Shown here: positions 12,801 through 26,600 of the stretch, in pieces | How positions within the stretch are numbered: position 1 is the first letter of the stretch | Layout of the letters: every line of letters starts with the position of its first letter | Source: Podarcis gaigeae | Taxonomy: Eukaryota | Direction: 5' to 3' (one strand) | DNA length: 64,000 nucleotides | Assembly (NCBI GenBank): GCA_964106915.2 | Contig: OZ066914.1 | Position numbers and translations under genes: made by a program | The notes under the pieces: generated by a model | Database searches by the model: none | The model's input: only the letters and a program-made list of their open reading frames with translations | What the model was told of the DNA's origin: nothing

Positions 12801-15800
12801 GAAAAAAAAAAATAGTTGAGATGGGGAGGCAAGGGATGGGGCCACAGACCCCCTGGGGATCCCCGGACCCCTAACTGGGAACCACTGCTCTAGAGGCACT
12901 GATGAGGTACATTTGGATAAATTAGGAGGAGAGCACAGGTTAGGAAGGGCTGTGTGGCTGCTGGCTTAGGACAGGCTGGGTGATGCTGGGCTGTTGTTGT
13001 CCATACTGAGCCCGGAGGCATCTGCTTGCAAGGCTGTTTCTCCTTTTCAGTTACTACACCCCGCCCCAACAGGAAACACTCTTGCTTCCTCCCACACCCA
13101 CAGCCACTTGTGGTTTCCTCATAATATCTCCCGCTTTCATCCCCTCTCTGCTCCCACCCCTCCTGGCTCTCCCTCCGCTCCTGGCTCCCCTTCTGCCTTC
13201 CCCACCACCTCTTGCCTCTGCCTCTCACCTGGGGATGGCGCACAAGTAGGTTGAGGAAGCAGGTTTAGCACCAAGGAGCCGTTTAGCCACAAGCTGACGT
13301 GGATCTTGATCCGTGTGCCCCTCCACTGTGTATGTGTGTGGAGGGGGAGCAGAGTTGAGGCGGAAACTGGTGCACAGTATGCTTGAGAAATCTTCTCCAG
13401 GTGTGGGGATTGCCCCCCTCCAACTGCCCCTTTTCAGTTAGCTGAGGGAACCTGCGTCTCTGCAGGTTTTGTTGCTCTCCCAGTTCCCATCAGCCCCCCA
13501 GCCAGGGTGGCTAATGGTCAGGGATCATGGAGTTTGTAGTCAAGAACACCCAGAGGCAGACAGGTTATCCACCCCTTGCTATATCTGGTACAGATGAGAC
13601 TCATGCCTGCTTTGAATATATATTGAAGGTTACTGAAGGGGCCGCTTCACCCTGTATAAAATTTGCAAGGAATTTGCACACAGGCACGGTTCCGTGTAGC
13701 TTCAGTTATGCATCCAGAGGGAAGCTCTTCTCGGTTGCTTATTATATGAGTGACATGTAGGTCTCCTTCATGTTCCTATGTGGAAGTGCCTTCGGTTTGG
13801 GGACTTCTCTAACATACAACTCAGACATGAGTTATGACTAGTTTTCCCAGGGGGACCATGTGACTTAAGGCAAGCATGCGCAAGACAGTTACTTTTCTTT
13901 TTTTTTTAAAAAGTGACCCTTCTCCTGTGCATTTAACAGCAGCCTGACATGCAGAAATTAAGAATGTGAACCCTTCTGAACTTTGTGGGGCTTACTTCTG
14001 AGTAGGCATGCATGGGATTGCACTGGGAATGGTGGGAGAAGCTTTTCCTGTATAAACCTACTGGGCATATTCCAAATCCCAGGGATATTGAATGTAGCTT
14101 ATGAAACTGAAATGGTTATGCTTTCTTTCTTTCTTTTTGCAAGATGAAAAGATTGAGATGTGCCTTCGTAGAAATATCAAAATCCCAGCTTGTTTTCTAG
14201 AAGTTTTCTGTAAAAAATAAATTGGATGACTATACCTGCTAGTTTTGTATAAGGAGAGACTCTTTGTCTCTGACAGTGGTGTAGTGGGCAGAAATCACCA
14301 GGTGAAGATTTGTTTGGTTTGGTATGAAGATTCATGATGTTAAAAGCTTCAAACTTGTTGATTTCTTTCTCTTATGTTTGCTGTTAAAATCACAAAGCCC
14401 TTGTCCATAAAAAACAGGATTTGGTATTAATGGGCACTGGTATAGATGACTTTAAGAGCCAACTTAGATAAATTTGCATAGATCTTTGACTAGCTATCCA
14501 CCATGATAGAAGAATGAAACCTCTATAATTGGAGTCAGTGTACTAAGTTTGGGGAATGTTTTTGGACTACAGCTCCCATCATTCTCGATTGTTGGCCATG
14601 GTGGCTTAGTCTGATGGAAATTATGTCCCACAATATACAGAGGGCGAGAGGTTCCCTACCCTAGCAATAAACCTGTATACATATACAATGGATTTCTCTT
14701 CCCACCATTGCTGATTAGTCAGGGATGGAATGCAGGGCCCTGGCTTTCTAAGGGTGCTAATTCAGGTGGGACCAACTGGCTGGCTTTGAAAAAGGGAAGC
14801 AGGGGCACACCTGGTCGTTGCAGCTGACAGTTGTGTGTTTTTCTTAGGTTTCCTGCTGTTCCGAGACTTCTGCCTAAATCAGGTGGAGGAAGCCAAACCA
14901 CTGGTGGAATTCTATGAAGAGGTGAGGCCCTGATTGTGCGTTGAGGGTGGTGGGAGAAAATGCTGTATTTCCTTCCGTTCCGTCAAACCACAATTTCCTT
15001 CCTTGGCCTGGCACATAGACTCCCCTCTGACATTGGTTCCCAAACTTGTCTTGAGCTGAGGAGTTGACTTTTCGAAGACCTGTTCAGAGGCCCCTTCAGG
15101 CCTTTTGACCCTCCTCTCAAAAAGCATATCTGAATTCTTGTTCACGGCAGCATGACTGGAAGCGGTCGGGGGGAAAGGACACCGGAGAGGGGGGTGACAG
15201 AAGGCAAGGCTACTGCATCTCCCGATTCAGGTTGGAAAACAAATATATGGAATCCCTGCGTTGCGTCTTCAGGGCAGAGTGTGGTAGTTTCATTTTGCCA
15301 TGGGTGGGATGGGGTGCGGTGGGTATCTGGGGAACTTAGAAGCTTAAAAATGGGCAAAATATTTTATTAGAGAAGGCAAGAGCCAGAAAGTTTTGCTGTG
15401 CTTTATACTTTCCTATAGTATTATCCCTTTTATGTGTGTGGTTTATGTCGTTTGCCCTCTCATAATTTAAAATAAAACTAAATTTAAAGGAGAACAATAA
15501 TAATAATGAGGAAAAGATTTCCTCCTTGCTGTGAGATTTCAGCGCACTGCTCTCCCTGTATCTCAGAGGTCGCCCACAGGGTGCCCTCCAGATTTAGTTG
15601 GGCTCCATCTCCAATCCGCCTCAGCCAGCATGGCCAATGGGCGCAGAGATGATGGGAGTTGTAGTCCAGCAACTTCTGGCTACAGGTTCCCAAGCCCAGG
15701 TGTAAGCTCAGCTTTTGTCTGTGGCACATTTTGTCAGCTGCCACCCTGCCCCTGTGGAAAATGATTAAGGTGGCAAGAAGAGATTGCAAGCGCTCTCTCC

Positions 15801-18800
15801 AAGCACAGCCATTATTTGAGTTCTTTGGGTTCAAAACATGGTCCACGTCGACCATGTGTCTGTCTATGCCTTCTGAAGGGCCTTACAGAGTCTGTAGTCG
15901 GTGGGTAGGTTGCTGAGCCATGTTACCTCTCCCCTCGCCCCATTCTTCATAGATCAAAAAGTATGAGAAGATGGACTCCGAAGAGGATCGAGCTGTTAAG
16001 AGCCGCCAGATCTTTGACACATACATCATGAAGGAACTGCTGTCCTGTTCTCACGTGAGTGGTCACATGAGAGAGTCTGAAAAAACCCCTTGGCAAGAAG
16101 CAGAATGTTTGCTTTGCAATCCCATTGATCAAGATCCTTTAAAAGATAATACTCCTCAGAATGGGAGGAGCCAGACACCCAGCATTGTCCATTGTCTCGC
16201 AGGCTGTGTACTCTCCCTGTCTCAATAAATGTCACATACAACTCCCTTAGAACTACCCACCCCAGCTCTTAATCTCCTTTTCACGACCTCACTTTCCTCT
16301 ACCATGCATGGGAAATGGCTCTTTCCTGTTCTGGGATGACCTTCCCATTAATGAATTGTAGGCAGCCGCTTAAGGCACCACCTTGTGCAATGCACCAGCG
16401 CCTTTGCTTCTCCCGTTACAGTGGCAGCAAACAAACCATGGATTCTTCCACCATTAACCGTGGTTTCCCATTTTATCGGAACCAGGAGACCATAGTTAAC
16501 AGCTTCAGAACAAGCTAGAATATCAAGTCAATTTCAAAACATGGTTTTATATGGGGGGGAAGGAGATCACACCTCAGCCCAAGGGCCACATTCCCTTGTG
16601 GGTAGCTTTCCAAGGGCCATATGCCAGTTGGTGGGCAGGGCCAGAGGTAAAATGTGGGTAGACTAGATGGCCCTTGGGGGTCTCTTCCAATTCAATAGTT
16701 CTATTATTCTAGGTTGCTGGGGAACAATGGGTTTAGTGGGAGGTAGGGGCAGTGCATGTGAGCCTTGCAGCATAGCAGGAGGGAGGCCTTCAGGAAGTCC
16801 CAGGGGGACATGATGAGAGATGAAACCAAGAAGCCACAGAGTCACACTTACTGGTGTAAAGTGCTGGGCCAACTGTTGACAGTTCTTGAGGTAACCTGAC
16901 ACTTTTCAAGTTGTGCGAAGAGCAGGCAAACACTGATGCCGCCAGAGCCACAAGTCAAAGTGCGAAGAGGAGTGATTCAAAATGAGAACGAAAATGTCCT
17001 TCATTAAGTGGTGCTCGGAAACCAAGAAAGTTAACAAAACGTATAAATGGAACAATTTTATTCTGAATGGCCGACAGTCATAATTGTACTGTGTCAGTGG
17101 TTCCCACAGACGGCTTCAAAATTGCTGAGAGTCCTAGTGCAGCACTTTTTTTGGTCAATTGTAGCAACTGTCATGCCCTGTGCTAGATGCTGTATGATTT
17201 TTTTAATTGCACTTTTATTGCCACTTTTATTTCTTGCTTTCTATTTTGCTCTAGCATTCCATTAACATGATCAGATAAAGATGTGAAAGAATGGCAACAG
17301 GTTATTAATGAATTTATCTGACACAATAAAAAAATCCACAGCTGAGTGCTGTGGCAGCATACAGACAGGGGTTCCGGCTGCCCTGTTTCAATTGCCTCCT
17401 CCCCCTCTCACGTCAGGATTTTCCTGCTCACCTTCATTCCCACATTTTGACTGTCTTCTTCTCATTTTTGGCTGCTTCCTCTTCCTCTCACTCTTGTCTT
17501 TCATTCTGCTAATCCTCTCTACTCCTTTCAAGTGCCTTCTCCTCCCATCACTTATGCTCCTTCCCACTCACCTTTTGGTTGGACCACCAGTTCCTCAGAA
17601 GGATGGAGCAGCTGCTGAGCCCGCCTTTCACAGCTGCCACGCCTGCCATTCTTTGGACTACCTGTTCAAAGCTTGCTGACCATGGTGGTCTACAGACCGC
17701 AGTTTGGGAACATTTGCTCTGTGTGTTTACTGGTAGTTTGAATTGCTTGTTGTTAAAACATGAAAAAAAAACATTTTTTAAAAAACCTGATAGGTGAAAA
17801 GTGTTTGCCAACCCAAGAGCAACAGGCTTGTGCATCGGACAAAGGAGATAATTTATTCTGTTTTCCTGACGTTTCCATAACTGTTTTATTTCTGCATTAT
17901 ATTTCTGCCTTCATGTGACATAACCGAGCAAGTAACATGGAAATGAGTGCCATATTCCACTATATTTCTAGAAGCAGCTAGTTAGGGAAATGCTGGGAAG
18001 ATAGAATACAGTGGTACCTTGGTTTACAAACTTAATCCGTTCAGAAGTCCGTTCTTAAACCCAAGCGTTCTTAAACCAAGGCGTGCTTTCCCATAGCAGC
18101 GGGGGACTCAATTTACAAACGGAACACACTCAACAGGAAGCGAAACATGTTCTTATTCCAAGGCAAAGTTCACAAACCAAAACACCTACTTCCAGGTTTG
18201 CAGTGGTCTTAACCCAAGTCATTCATAAACTAAGCTGTTCTTAAACCAAGGTACCACTGTAAACTGCTGTGTGAATGCAGCCAGTGCCTCTCTTTAACAT
18301 GTCCAAGATTTGCCAGCCCTTTTCCTGAACAAGCTTGTAAGCCTTTCCCAAGCTTTGTGCCCCAGTCCTGTTGATTTCCTTGTCACAGGGCTTCTTCGGT
18401 GATCTCAGCATCGAGCTGGAAATCAACCCAAGCTTTGTGCCCCGGGCAGGCACTGTATCTTGATGGAATGTCTCTTTGGACAGCGATGCATCCAGACTCA
18501 TTTCCTTTCTTCTTGTGTCCTCTCACAGCCCTTCTCCAAGACTGCCACAGAATATGTGCAGAGCCGTCTCAGCAAGAAGCAAGTGCCGCCTGACCTGTTC
18601 CAGGTAAATCCCTCCCCATCGACTAGACCCTTGGGCTCACCCAATCTTGAATCTCATTTGCCCCAAGACTGGATGCACTTGCATCGGTAGACAGGGGCTG
18701 ATGTAGCATGGACTCTGGCCCATTGCAACCAATTTCTTCCTAGCCTGTACAAGTGTCCCCACAGCAGGGGGGGAACCTCTTTTCCTATAACATTGCCAAA

Positions 18801-21800
18801 CCCAAAGAAATGCAGGCTCCATTTCCTTACAGCACTTGCTGTTGAAGGATCTCATGGGGATTTCCACGTTACTGAGTCCCGCAGGGGCCATGCAGATGAG
18901 AACGGGGACCAGTGGGTGGAAAGCTTTAATGGATAGGTTTTTGGCATTCATTCCTCTCTGCCCACTCTTCTGCCAGCCATACATTGAGGAGATCTGCGAG
19001 TGTCTGCGTGGGACTATCTTCCAGAGGTTTATTGAGAGGTGAGTGCTGAGGACTATAGGCTGTCCACACGCAGAACCTGCAGCACCATGTTGCAGCGTGG
19101 TGTGCTCCTGTTTAAGGTGCCAGCCATACCTTTTCCAGCGTACTCCATTCCATTCCCCTTCCCCCTTGTGCATGGCAAAGCTTGAAAGAAGATGAGACAG
19201 TGCCTTTGAAGTTTGCAGATTTTCTTGGAAGTAAGCCCCTTTGAGCACCATGGAACGTCCTTCTGAGCAAAAATGCCTAGAATCAAGTGAAGCAGGAGTG
19301 AGTTCTGTAGATGGAAAGAAGGCTCACTTCTGAGTTAAGCCTGCGTAGGGTTTTCTTGAAGGCAGGATGGAAGTTATATGTATGTGAATGTTCCCTGTAT
19401 TTTCCCTTTCCCCTCCCTATACCCACTGCTTTCTTCCCATAATACTGGGGTATAGGAGTCTCTGTTAAGGGGGTGTTATTTGAGTTGGAAGAGTTCTGGC
19501 ATGGGATTTGAAGATGGATCCTTTGGAAGTGGTGATACCCAGGGTTTGTGTTCCAGGGCCTGTGTGTTCTTTCTCTCATTTCTTCTCCCGTCTGTTCTGT
19601 TTTAGTGACAAGTTCACACGCTTCTCCCAGTGGAAGAATGTGGAGCTCAACATCCATGTGAGTGCCTGAGGAGGGAGGGCATTCCTGAGAGTTGCGGCGA
19701 TAAAAAAAGAGCTGTCAAAAGACACTGAGCATGGACCTGCCTGCAGCCGCATTGTTGCAGAATGGCAAAGTGTATAGGATTTGCAAAGCTGCTGGTCGTG
19801 TAGTTGGTGGGAGGTTGGTGGTGTGTGGGGGACTAATCCCTGCCTCAGGAAGTTCACCGATTTAGTAGCTTCAGGGAAAACCAGGATTACGATTGTCTTC
19901 ACTGGGTAAATGAGATGGGAGAATTTGAGGGTTTCTTGTCCGTCATGAGAGCTTGAGAAGCAAGCCCAGTTCTGGCTCCCCAATAATCCGAGAGCAACTA
20001 CCCCTAACATGGGATCCTCTGTACAATTCCCATCAGCCTCAGCCGGCACAGCCCCATCTGGAGAACCTCAGGCTGGGGAAAGCTTTCCTAGTGCTACCCA
20101 CATGTGACACAAAATAACCTTGGATCATAATCTGAAAGCAGGATATGAGGAAAGGTCACTGTGGGTGAGAGGAGTGCCTGTGGAAGGCCATTCCTTTCTA
20201 TGATGAGTAGACCCAGACCCCTGAAAGCTTAAAGGTGGTGCCAGCAACATGTTAACACTCTTGGTCTTGCTCTCCTTTCCTTCCCCCTCCCTGTCATGTT
20301 TGTTCATGCTCTCTGCCTTGTGGGACCCAGCTGACCATGAATGACTTCAGCGTCCACCGGATCATCGGGCGTGGCGGCTTTGGCGAGGTCTACGGCTGCC
20401 GGAAAGCAGACACGGGCAAAATGTAATGTTGCAAGATTGGTTTGTCAAATTGTTATTCCAACAATTATCTGGGAGCCCAAGGTTGGTTAAGAAGACAGAG
20501 GGGTTGGCATGTGGCCTTTGGCCATGGTCTTTTAGCCTAGCTTTGCTCCACATCATTGCTATGAAGCTATATGAAGTATCTGCACATGGAAGTGAAAAAT
20601 GACATTATCCATCATTCTCTTTTGGCTTGTAATGGCCATGTTGGTACTGGAGAACCAGGATGGTACCCTCTGATATCTCAGCTCCCAGCCAGCCCTGCTG
20701 CTCCCTGTAACCAGCATAAGTAGGCTTCTACTCACTGTCTGAGCCTCAAATGCAAACATAGCTTCCCAAGGGCCTTTCCCCAACTTGCCTTTATTTTCTG
20801 GGGTACCAGATTGGTGCCTGCGCTAAACTCAGATTCTTCCAATGCACGTATGAAATGTTAGGAAACACAGTTTCTACCTTCATGGAGTCAGTGTCTCAGA
20901 TTTTATTCTTTATTTACTGAGGTTTTGAGGTAGCTAACAGCAAAATGGAGCAAAGCCATTGAGTGTCATCTTAAAACAATATAATGAAAACAGCAGCAGC
21001 AGCAGTCATAGAGCAAAACTAGCACCCAGTCAAACAAGAGGGGAAGCAGATATCATTAAAAAGTGGGTCAGATACAATAAGGACAGGTTTAACCCAGGTG
21101 TTTATTGCTTAGGGGGTGGCAGGTTCAGAGAATCATAGGGCTAGATCCAGAGTAAGTCAATTGCATTGAAGCCCCATTGACATAAATGTGAAAAAATTAG
21201 TCATGACTTAGGGCTCATCCAGACTTCGCTTGTCCCGCTGCTTTCACCCGGGAAAACCTGATCCTTAGTGCTGAATTGGAGCAAATGCCCAAAAACCCTG
21301 GAGGAATCAGGTTTTCTATGGATTAATGTTTGCTCAAATTCAGCGCTAAAGAACCAAGTTTTCCCGGGCAAATGAAAAACTGCTCAAACCTGTGCTTTTT
21401 AGGCAGGGAAGTGTGGACAAGCCCTGGGTGAAGTCCCACTGATTCCAATGGGAACTGGGCTTGTCTGTCTTGTTCTGGATCTAGCCCATCAAATGTTAGT
21501 GTTGAAAAGAGGCCATCTCATCAAGGTCCCCAGCTCAACCCAAGAACCTTACAATGCAGAATCCACTAACTGGCATACTTGGCAGTTCAGCCTTTGTTTC
21601 AATACCCCAAGTGCAGGAGAGTCCAGCCACCCCTGTCCCCCGCAAGGGAAGGCTCTTCTCATATAGGGGGAGCACAGTGAACATTAGCAGACATCCCAGG
21701 GACATCTGTGGTAAATCTCCTCTGTGGGAAACCAAAGAAGTGTTGGGGGGAGTTTAGTCATAGCAGGTGACTCAGGACTCAGATGGGGGTCGTGATGGGT

Positions 21801-23594
21801 GTAATTAAGGAAGTGCCAAGTGGAATGAGTTTGGTAGGTTTCCACAAAGGAGGCACACAGGCTGTTCTGTGTGGAGGGATATCGGCAGGGGCGATTCCCT
21901 GGGAAGCAGCAAGACCTGGCGAGAGCAACACCGCAGGGTTGCAGCCTCTTCTTTCTCCTTTGGCAGGTACGCCATGAAATGTCTGGATAAGAAGCGCATT
22001 AAAATGAAGCAGGGGGAGACATTGGCCCTGAACGAGCGCATCATGCTCTCGCTTGTCAGCACCGGGGTGAGTCTGGCTACATTGAGCAGTTGGGGTTTGG
22101 GAGGCAGAGAATAGGCGAGACCTGGAGTCTGCCCAGTCCAAGAGGGAGGGGAAAGAGATCTGTCAAGTGGGCAGATGCAAACACTTGGGTTCCTGTATTG
22201 TGCTTGCAATCAAAGCTATGATAATGCCGGTATAGACATGGCAGGTATTTTGAAGCACACACTGGTAATTAAAGGCAGGGGGGAGGGATGACGGTGATGA
22301 AGTGTGCTGGAGGTGGCATTGAGCATGTGGCTGGGAGTGTGATGCCTGCAGTAAACTAGCAGCAGGGCTGGGATGTGTGTAGGCAGCGCAGCAAATTATT
22401 ATGCGCACGGAAGGGGAGGGGAGGCAGTTAAATGTGCGCAATGGCAGGAGGGGAAAAGAGAGGGGCAGGGTGGGGGCTCGGTGTGCAAGGGGCACAGGAG
22501 AAGACAGGGGAGACCACCGTAGGGGTTTGTGACAAGTTTCCGTGGGTGGGGGAGGCGGGGCAAAGGAGCCGACAGGCGACGTGACGGCTGTGTAGGAGTC
22601 GCTGCAAAACCCACAGCGGAAAATGGGGGGCGGGAGCGAGGGGTTAATGGAAGAGCTGGCAAAGGGAAGGAGGCAGTGGCGACGTGTGGCCGAGGGCCTT
22701 GTTGAGCAATCCGTTCCCCCACTGTTATCAGATGCAAGCGTGCTCTTGTGTGTAGGGGAACTGTGGTAGGAAGCATGCATGTGCGAGGCATGATTCTGAG
22801 AGCGCAGAAGGGAAACGTGGAGCTTTCAGGAAGGCCTGTGGATTCCGGGTGTGAGCAGAACGTAGAGCGAGGGAATTCATTCACGCACATGTGCATGCAG
22901 ACTTGGTGATTCATTTATGTATTTTTCCCCCCTCTCTTTTTCCCCCTGCTGTGACTTGGTTCCTCGTGTCTCTGCCAGGATTGCCCCTTCATCGTGTGCA
23001 TGTCGTATGCCTTCCAAACACCTGACAAGCTCAGCTTCATCCTGGACCTCATGAATGGTGAGAGCCAGAACCCAGCCTGTAGAGAGCCTCTGCCTCTCCC
23101 CCTCCCCTCCCCTCACATGCTTCTCGAAGGGATCCACACACAGAGGCATCCCTGCCTCACCACTGCTCCCCTCTGCCGACACTCAGGTTGTGTGCCTCAC
23201 ATGGCTGTCTGCTCCGTTTCCTGCAGGGGGTGACCTACATTACCACCTCTCCCAGCATGGGGTCTTCTCCGAGGCAGAGATGCGCTTCTACGCAGCAGAG
23301 ATCATCCTGGGGCTGGAACACATGCACAACCGCTTCGTGGTGTATCGCGACCTCAAGGTGAGCAAATGCCGCCCCCCCCCCGAATGCTGCATCGTTCAAC
23401 ATCCTTTATCTAGATGTTTGTATGTCGCCTGCCAGGGCTACGCAGCCCTTTCTTGGCAATGGGTGTCGTCAAACAATTAATTAATTAATTGCAGCATTTA
23501 TTCCCTGCCTTCCCTCCAAGGAGCTCTAGGGGCTTACATGCTTCTTCCCCCCTGCCCCCCTTCCCCATTTTACCCTCACAGCAACTCTGTGAGG

Positions 23595-23629
<35 letters not shown>

Positions 23630-26600
23630 GAGAGACTGGCCCAAGGTCACCCAGCAAACTTCATGGCTGTGTGGGTTGGGATTTGAACTCCCCCCCCCCC
23701 CTAGTCCCACCCTCTGACAACTATGCCAAGCCGAGCCATGCCAGGTTAAAAGAATAAAATTCAAAGAAGTCTAAAAACCTGGTTTTAAAATGGAGAGAGA
23801 AAAACCTCACCCTAGGCTTCTCTTTCCACAAAGAGAGGCAATTTCTGCCTTCAGCGTGGGGTCCCTCGGTGTTGCACCCGCACCCACTGAAAGAGAGTTC
23901 TCTAGTGCCCTCTGACTTCATGGCAACTGCCTCTTACCCAGAGCCGTGCTTCCTCCTCCGCCGCCTTAGAAGCCCGGACTGTGCTGCGTGCCATGAGTCG
24001 TTCAGGGTGGCAGCATTCCTCACTGGGGAATATCGGGATCTCAAGTTCTAACATCTCTTTCAGAAAATGTGAGGTTTGAAAGTGTTTTTTATTTTACTGA
24101 GGGAGATTGTTGCCTTGATGGAAGTGCACTCCCACTCAAAATGCCTTGGGATTTGGTACTGTGGGTTATCAAAGCTCCTTTTGACAACCCACTCGTCACC
24201 GTTGCAGGTTGATCCAAAGCAGGGCGGGATCTTGTGAGGAGGTTGCTTGTCTTTTCCGTATCATGACCTTACTATGCCGCTCTTCAAAATTAAGCATACC
24301 CGCTGCTGGAATTGCTCCCTCTACTTCATCGGTGCTGCCGCAGAGGCCCAGGCCAAAGGATGGAGGAGGAGGGTTTATTCTCTCCCCTACTTTCCCCAGC
24401 AAATCCTCTCTTCCCCCTAGCTGCCATTCTTTGCTGTTCTTGTTCCCCCTGCAGCCAGCCAACATCTTGCTAGATGAGTTTGGCCATGTGCGTATTTCGG
24501 ATCTGGGGCTCGCCTGTGATTTCTCCAAGAAGAAGCCTCATGCCAGCGTGTGAGTATCAGACAGGAATCTAATCCTCGGCCAGCAGCTCCGTTCTCTGTA
24601 TCTGGACCTAAAACTGCTCCCATCCAAGGGTCTTGATAAATGTCAGAACACCTTTTCCCCTTCTCCCTCAGCTGCTGGGTGAGCTACTAGAAGTTCCTCC
24701 ACTGTTGCTTCCTCTAGCTTTCTATAGGTGTTAATTCCTGTATTATCTGGGGATCACAATATCACTTGTTCAACATCCACTCATTGGGACATTTGCCCTA
24801 AGGCCTCTGTCCAGTAATGGAGACCCAAAATATGGTCCACAAAACTGGAACCTACAGATTACAGGCCTCAGATTCCGGTAGTGGATTCCTCTGCAAAGGG
24901 GCTTTCTGATTCTGGGGTGTGTGGGATAGAACGAGCTAGTTCAGTCCCAATGCCCAGCTTGCACAGGAGCGAATGTCTTTATGAGATCACTTGTTCTTGG
25001 GAGATGCCGGTGTTGCAAGGAAAATGGCCCCTCTCTAACTTTTTCTGCTTGGAACCACTCGTATTTTGTAGGGAGACAATTCCTACAGGCCACAACTGTG
25101 GTTTAAAGGGGCATTGTAAGGAGGAGTTTAGTACCTGTCTCCATTTGCAAGCACATGCGTACCCAGATTCATAAGCGAATGCTTCTCCCATGTGAATGTG
25201 TGTATTTCGTAAGTGTACATAGATTTATTTGCCACTGGCCTGGGTGTTTATTTTTCCTGTGTGTTTATTTTTTGAAAAGGATTCCTTACTCATTGACCTG
25301 TCCCTGCTGAGTGCCCCCCCCCCCGGCAGGTGCTGTGCTGTCTTTTGTAACTCTGTTTCCCTCCACCCCTGCAGTGGCACACATGGGTACATGGCGCCAG
25401 AGGTGCTGCAGAAGGGCGTTGCCTATGACAGCAGTGCTGACTGGTTCTCTCTAGGCTGCATGCTCTTCAAACTACTGAGGGGGTAAGTGGGGGAGAGCCA
25501 AGGTAGAGATGAGTTTTCAGGGATGGGGGTGGAAAGGAGGCCTAGCTGGCAAAGGGAGCCATGGTTGAATCCGGAGGGTGCTGGGTTGGATTGATTGCAA
25601 TGGTAATGGCAAGAATTAGAAAAAACCGCCCTGAGATCTACAGGTATTGGGAGCTATACAAATGTAAAGAAGTGTTAAGGGGTACCTGTGAGGCCTGAGT
25701 CTCCTTCTGATGCTCTCCTGGCTCTTCTTCTCAGGCATAGCCCCTTTCGGCAACACAAGACTAAAGACAAGCACGAGATCGACCGCATGACACTCACTAT
25801 GGTAAGGAAATGTCGTCAAGCTCAGTCAGGGATCAGCCTGGATCCCAAAGCTTCCAGGTGCTGAATTGTTCCCCTCTTGCCCCTCGGGTCTCCGAAATCT
25901 CAGATCTTCCCTTTGCCAGTCATCGGAGTTATACCCGTTCTTTGCAGAGCCTGGCTGACCTATACTACATGTCAACTTGCCAGTTTCATGTGGACTTAGC
26001 ACATCTTGCCAAATAGATTCAGCATTTTGACATAAGGCTTTTCCTGTGCTGAACCCCCATTATTCTCCCTCGGAGTCAAATATCCCTACACTTTGGACCG
26101 AGTTCCAGCACCCTCTGTTTGGTTAGCTGGGTGGCTCAATGTGTGCGTTTGTGTGAGGGAAGGAGGGAAATGGGTACGCAGAATTAAATTTCCCACTATG
26201 ACTGTAAGTTATGCTACTGCCTGAAGAACATGAATAGATCAGGGACCTTCTATTTTTAGCGCCGCACAGAGAAATCACAAAGAAATTCCCTTCCCTAGAG
26301 AACGTGCAGAGACTGTAAGCAGATGCAGTTTGGTTGATCTCAACAATTACTGTTTGGCAAGGCAAGCAGCACAACTCCTGCCAAGGTGTCAGGCTGCTAA
26401 GCAGTGTCAGGCAAAGGTGCCATTAGAAATTTCTGGGCTGGGCATAAAAATGCTTTGTGCCAGTCCAGGGTGCGGCTGTCGGGAAAAGGCCCTTCCTCCA
26501 TGTATTTGGTGTACAGCTGTGGTGTGGCTGCAACTATTTGCTGTTGAGGTTAATTCAGGGCATGACTTATACAAAGTGTATGGCAGGGGTGGGGTTCCCT

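Noticed and set aside
13235-13250. ATGGCGCACAA|GTAGGT as an alternative first exon
   Set aside because: Would be phase 2, but exon 3 needs phase 1; read-through hits TAG immediately
18637-19251. 204-aa antisense ORF over GRK2 exon 6
   Set aside because: No motif, begins inside a MITE remnant, no promoter or splice support
22163-22914. Minus-strand 205-aa and 171-aa ORFs
   Set aside because: By-product of purine skew; P/S/L-rich with no domain signal
23058-23226. GRK2 intron 10 open in two frames (retained-intron isoform)
   Set aside because: 169 nt is not a multiple of 3, so retention gives a stop at the start of exon 11; openness is explained by C-rich composition
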